From the IMG/VR virus record IMGVR_UViG_3300048577_000442, positions 1-34,075 of that record: DNA of 34,075 bases; one strand, 5' to 3'. Under the pieces are notes generated by a model. That model was not told the DNA's origin. It ran no database searches and was given only the letters and a program-made list of their open reading frames with translations. Origin of the DNA: a virus (lineage: Duplodnaviria > Caudoviricetes). Made by a program: the position numbers and the translations under genes. Positions 33,749 to 34,075 of this stretch are shown here, piece by piece. The stretch's first letter is position 1. Every line of letters begins with the position of its first letter.

Positions 33749-33754
33749 TAAATA
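33749..33754 (+). promoter_or_regulatory. TAAATA T4-late-like promoter motif
   Basis: aTAAATAa followed by SD GAGGA and ATG 33770. Confidence 0.65.
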
Positions 33755-33769
33755 ATAGAGGACATTCCA

Positions 33770-34075
33770 ATGGACACCGACAAGATCATCGAACGCATCA
33801 TGGACACTCTCGATCAAATGAACAACAAGATCACGACCATCGTGACGGACATCGCCGAACTCAAGAGTGGCATGCGTGAGCGAGAGACGAGCATCACGGC
33901 ACTCCAGTCTAGAGTCGATGAGATGGCAGGATCGATGAAGGTGTCCTCAGCAACGCTGGTCAAGATCGTCGCCATCATCTGCGTCACAGCAGTGACGGTG
34001 ATGGGCGTGAAATGGGAAGGCGCTCTAGAGGCGCTGAAGAAGCTGGTCGTTGGGTTCTGGTTTGTGGCGGGATAG
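33770..34075 (+). CDS. Coiled-coil plus transmembrane protein (holin/XhlA-like)
   Basis: N-terminal coiled coil, hydrophobic LVKIVAIICVTAVTVMGV; lysis-module position. Confidence 0.55.
   Translation: MDTDKIIERIMDTLDQMNNKITTIVTDIAELKSGMRERETSITALQSRVDEMAGSMKVSSATLVKIVAIICVTAVTVMGVKWEGALEALKKLVVGFWFVAG

Larger units (their letters stand above)
1..34075. mobile_element. HK97-like temperate siphovirus prophage (ends not visible)
   Basis: Integrase at the left edge; canonical order terS-terL-portal-protease-capsid-neck-tail tube-chaperone-TMP-tail tip-holin-like gene. No att sites or endolysin seen inside the window. Confidence 0.95.

Overview
The window is most of a temperate HK97-like siphovirus (pro)phage genome. 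In order: tyrosine integrase and excisionase-like gene, an early/accessory region (degenerate Panacea-like gene, beta-class DNA methyltransferase, a paralogous pair of small basic proteins, low-GC morons), a putative replication initiator beside an iteron-like origin, a fibre/appendage module, three HNH-type genes, terS/terL/portal/protease/capsid, neck and tail genes with an inserted GT2 glycosyltransferase, tape measure, a 1913-aa tail tip protein and a holin-like gene. The integrase and excisionase styles suggest an Acidobacteria-like host (inference only). The most striking unexplained signal is the hexamer TAAATA, the core of the T4 late promoter TATAAATA. I found it by eye at 15 sites, 14 of them directly upstream of a gene start. 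Six lie 5-7 nt before an ATG with no Shine-Dalgarno, and three lie in the 5' arm of hairpins that mask the ribosome-binding site, as in T4 late genes. No gp55-like sigma factor and no cI/Cro repressor is recognisable in the window. This suggests a prophage whose replication and morphogenesis genes are switched on by a T4-type late sigma supplied in trans, or by an unrecognised phage factor. All family calls are from motif recognition; no searches were run.
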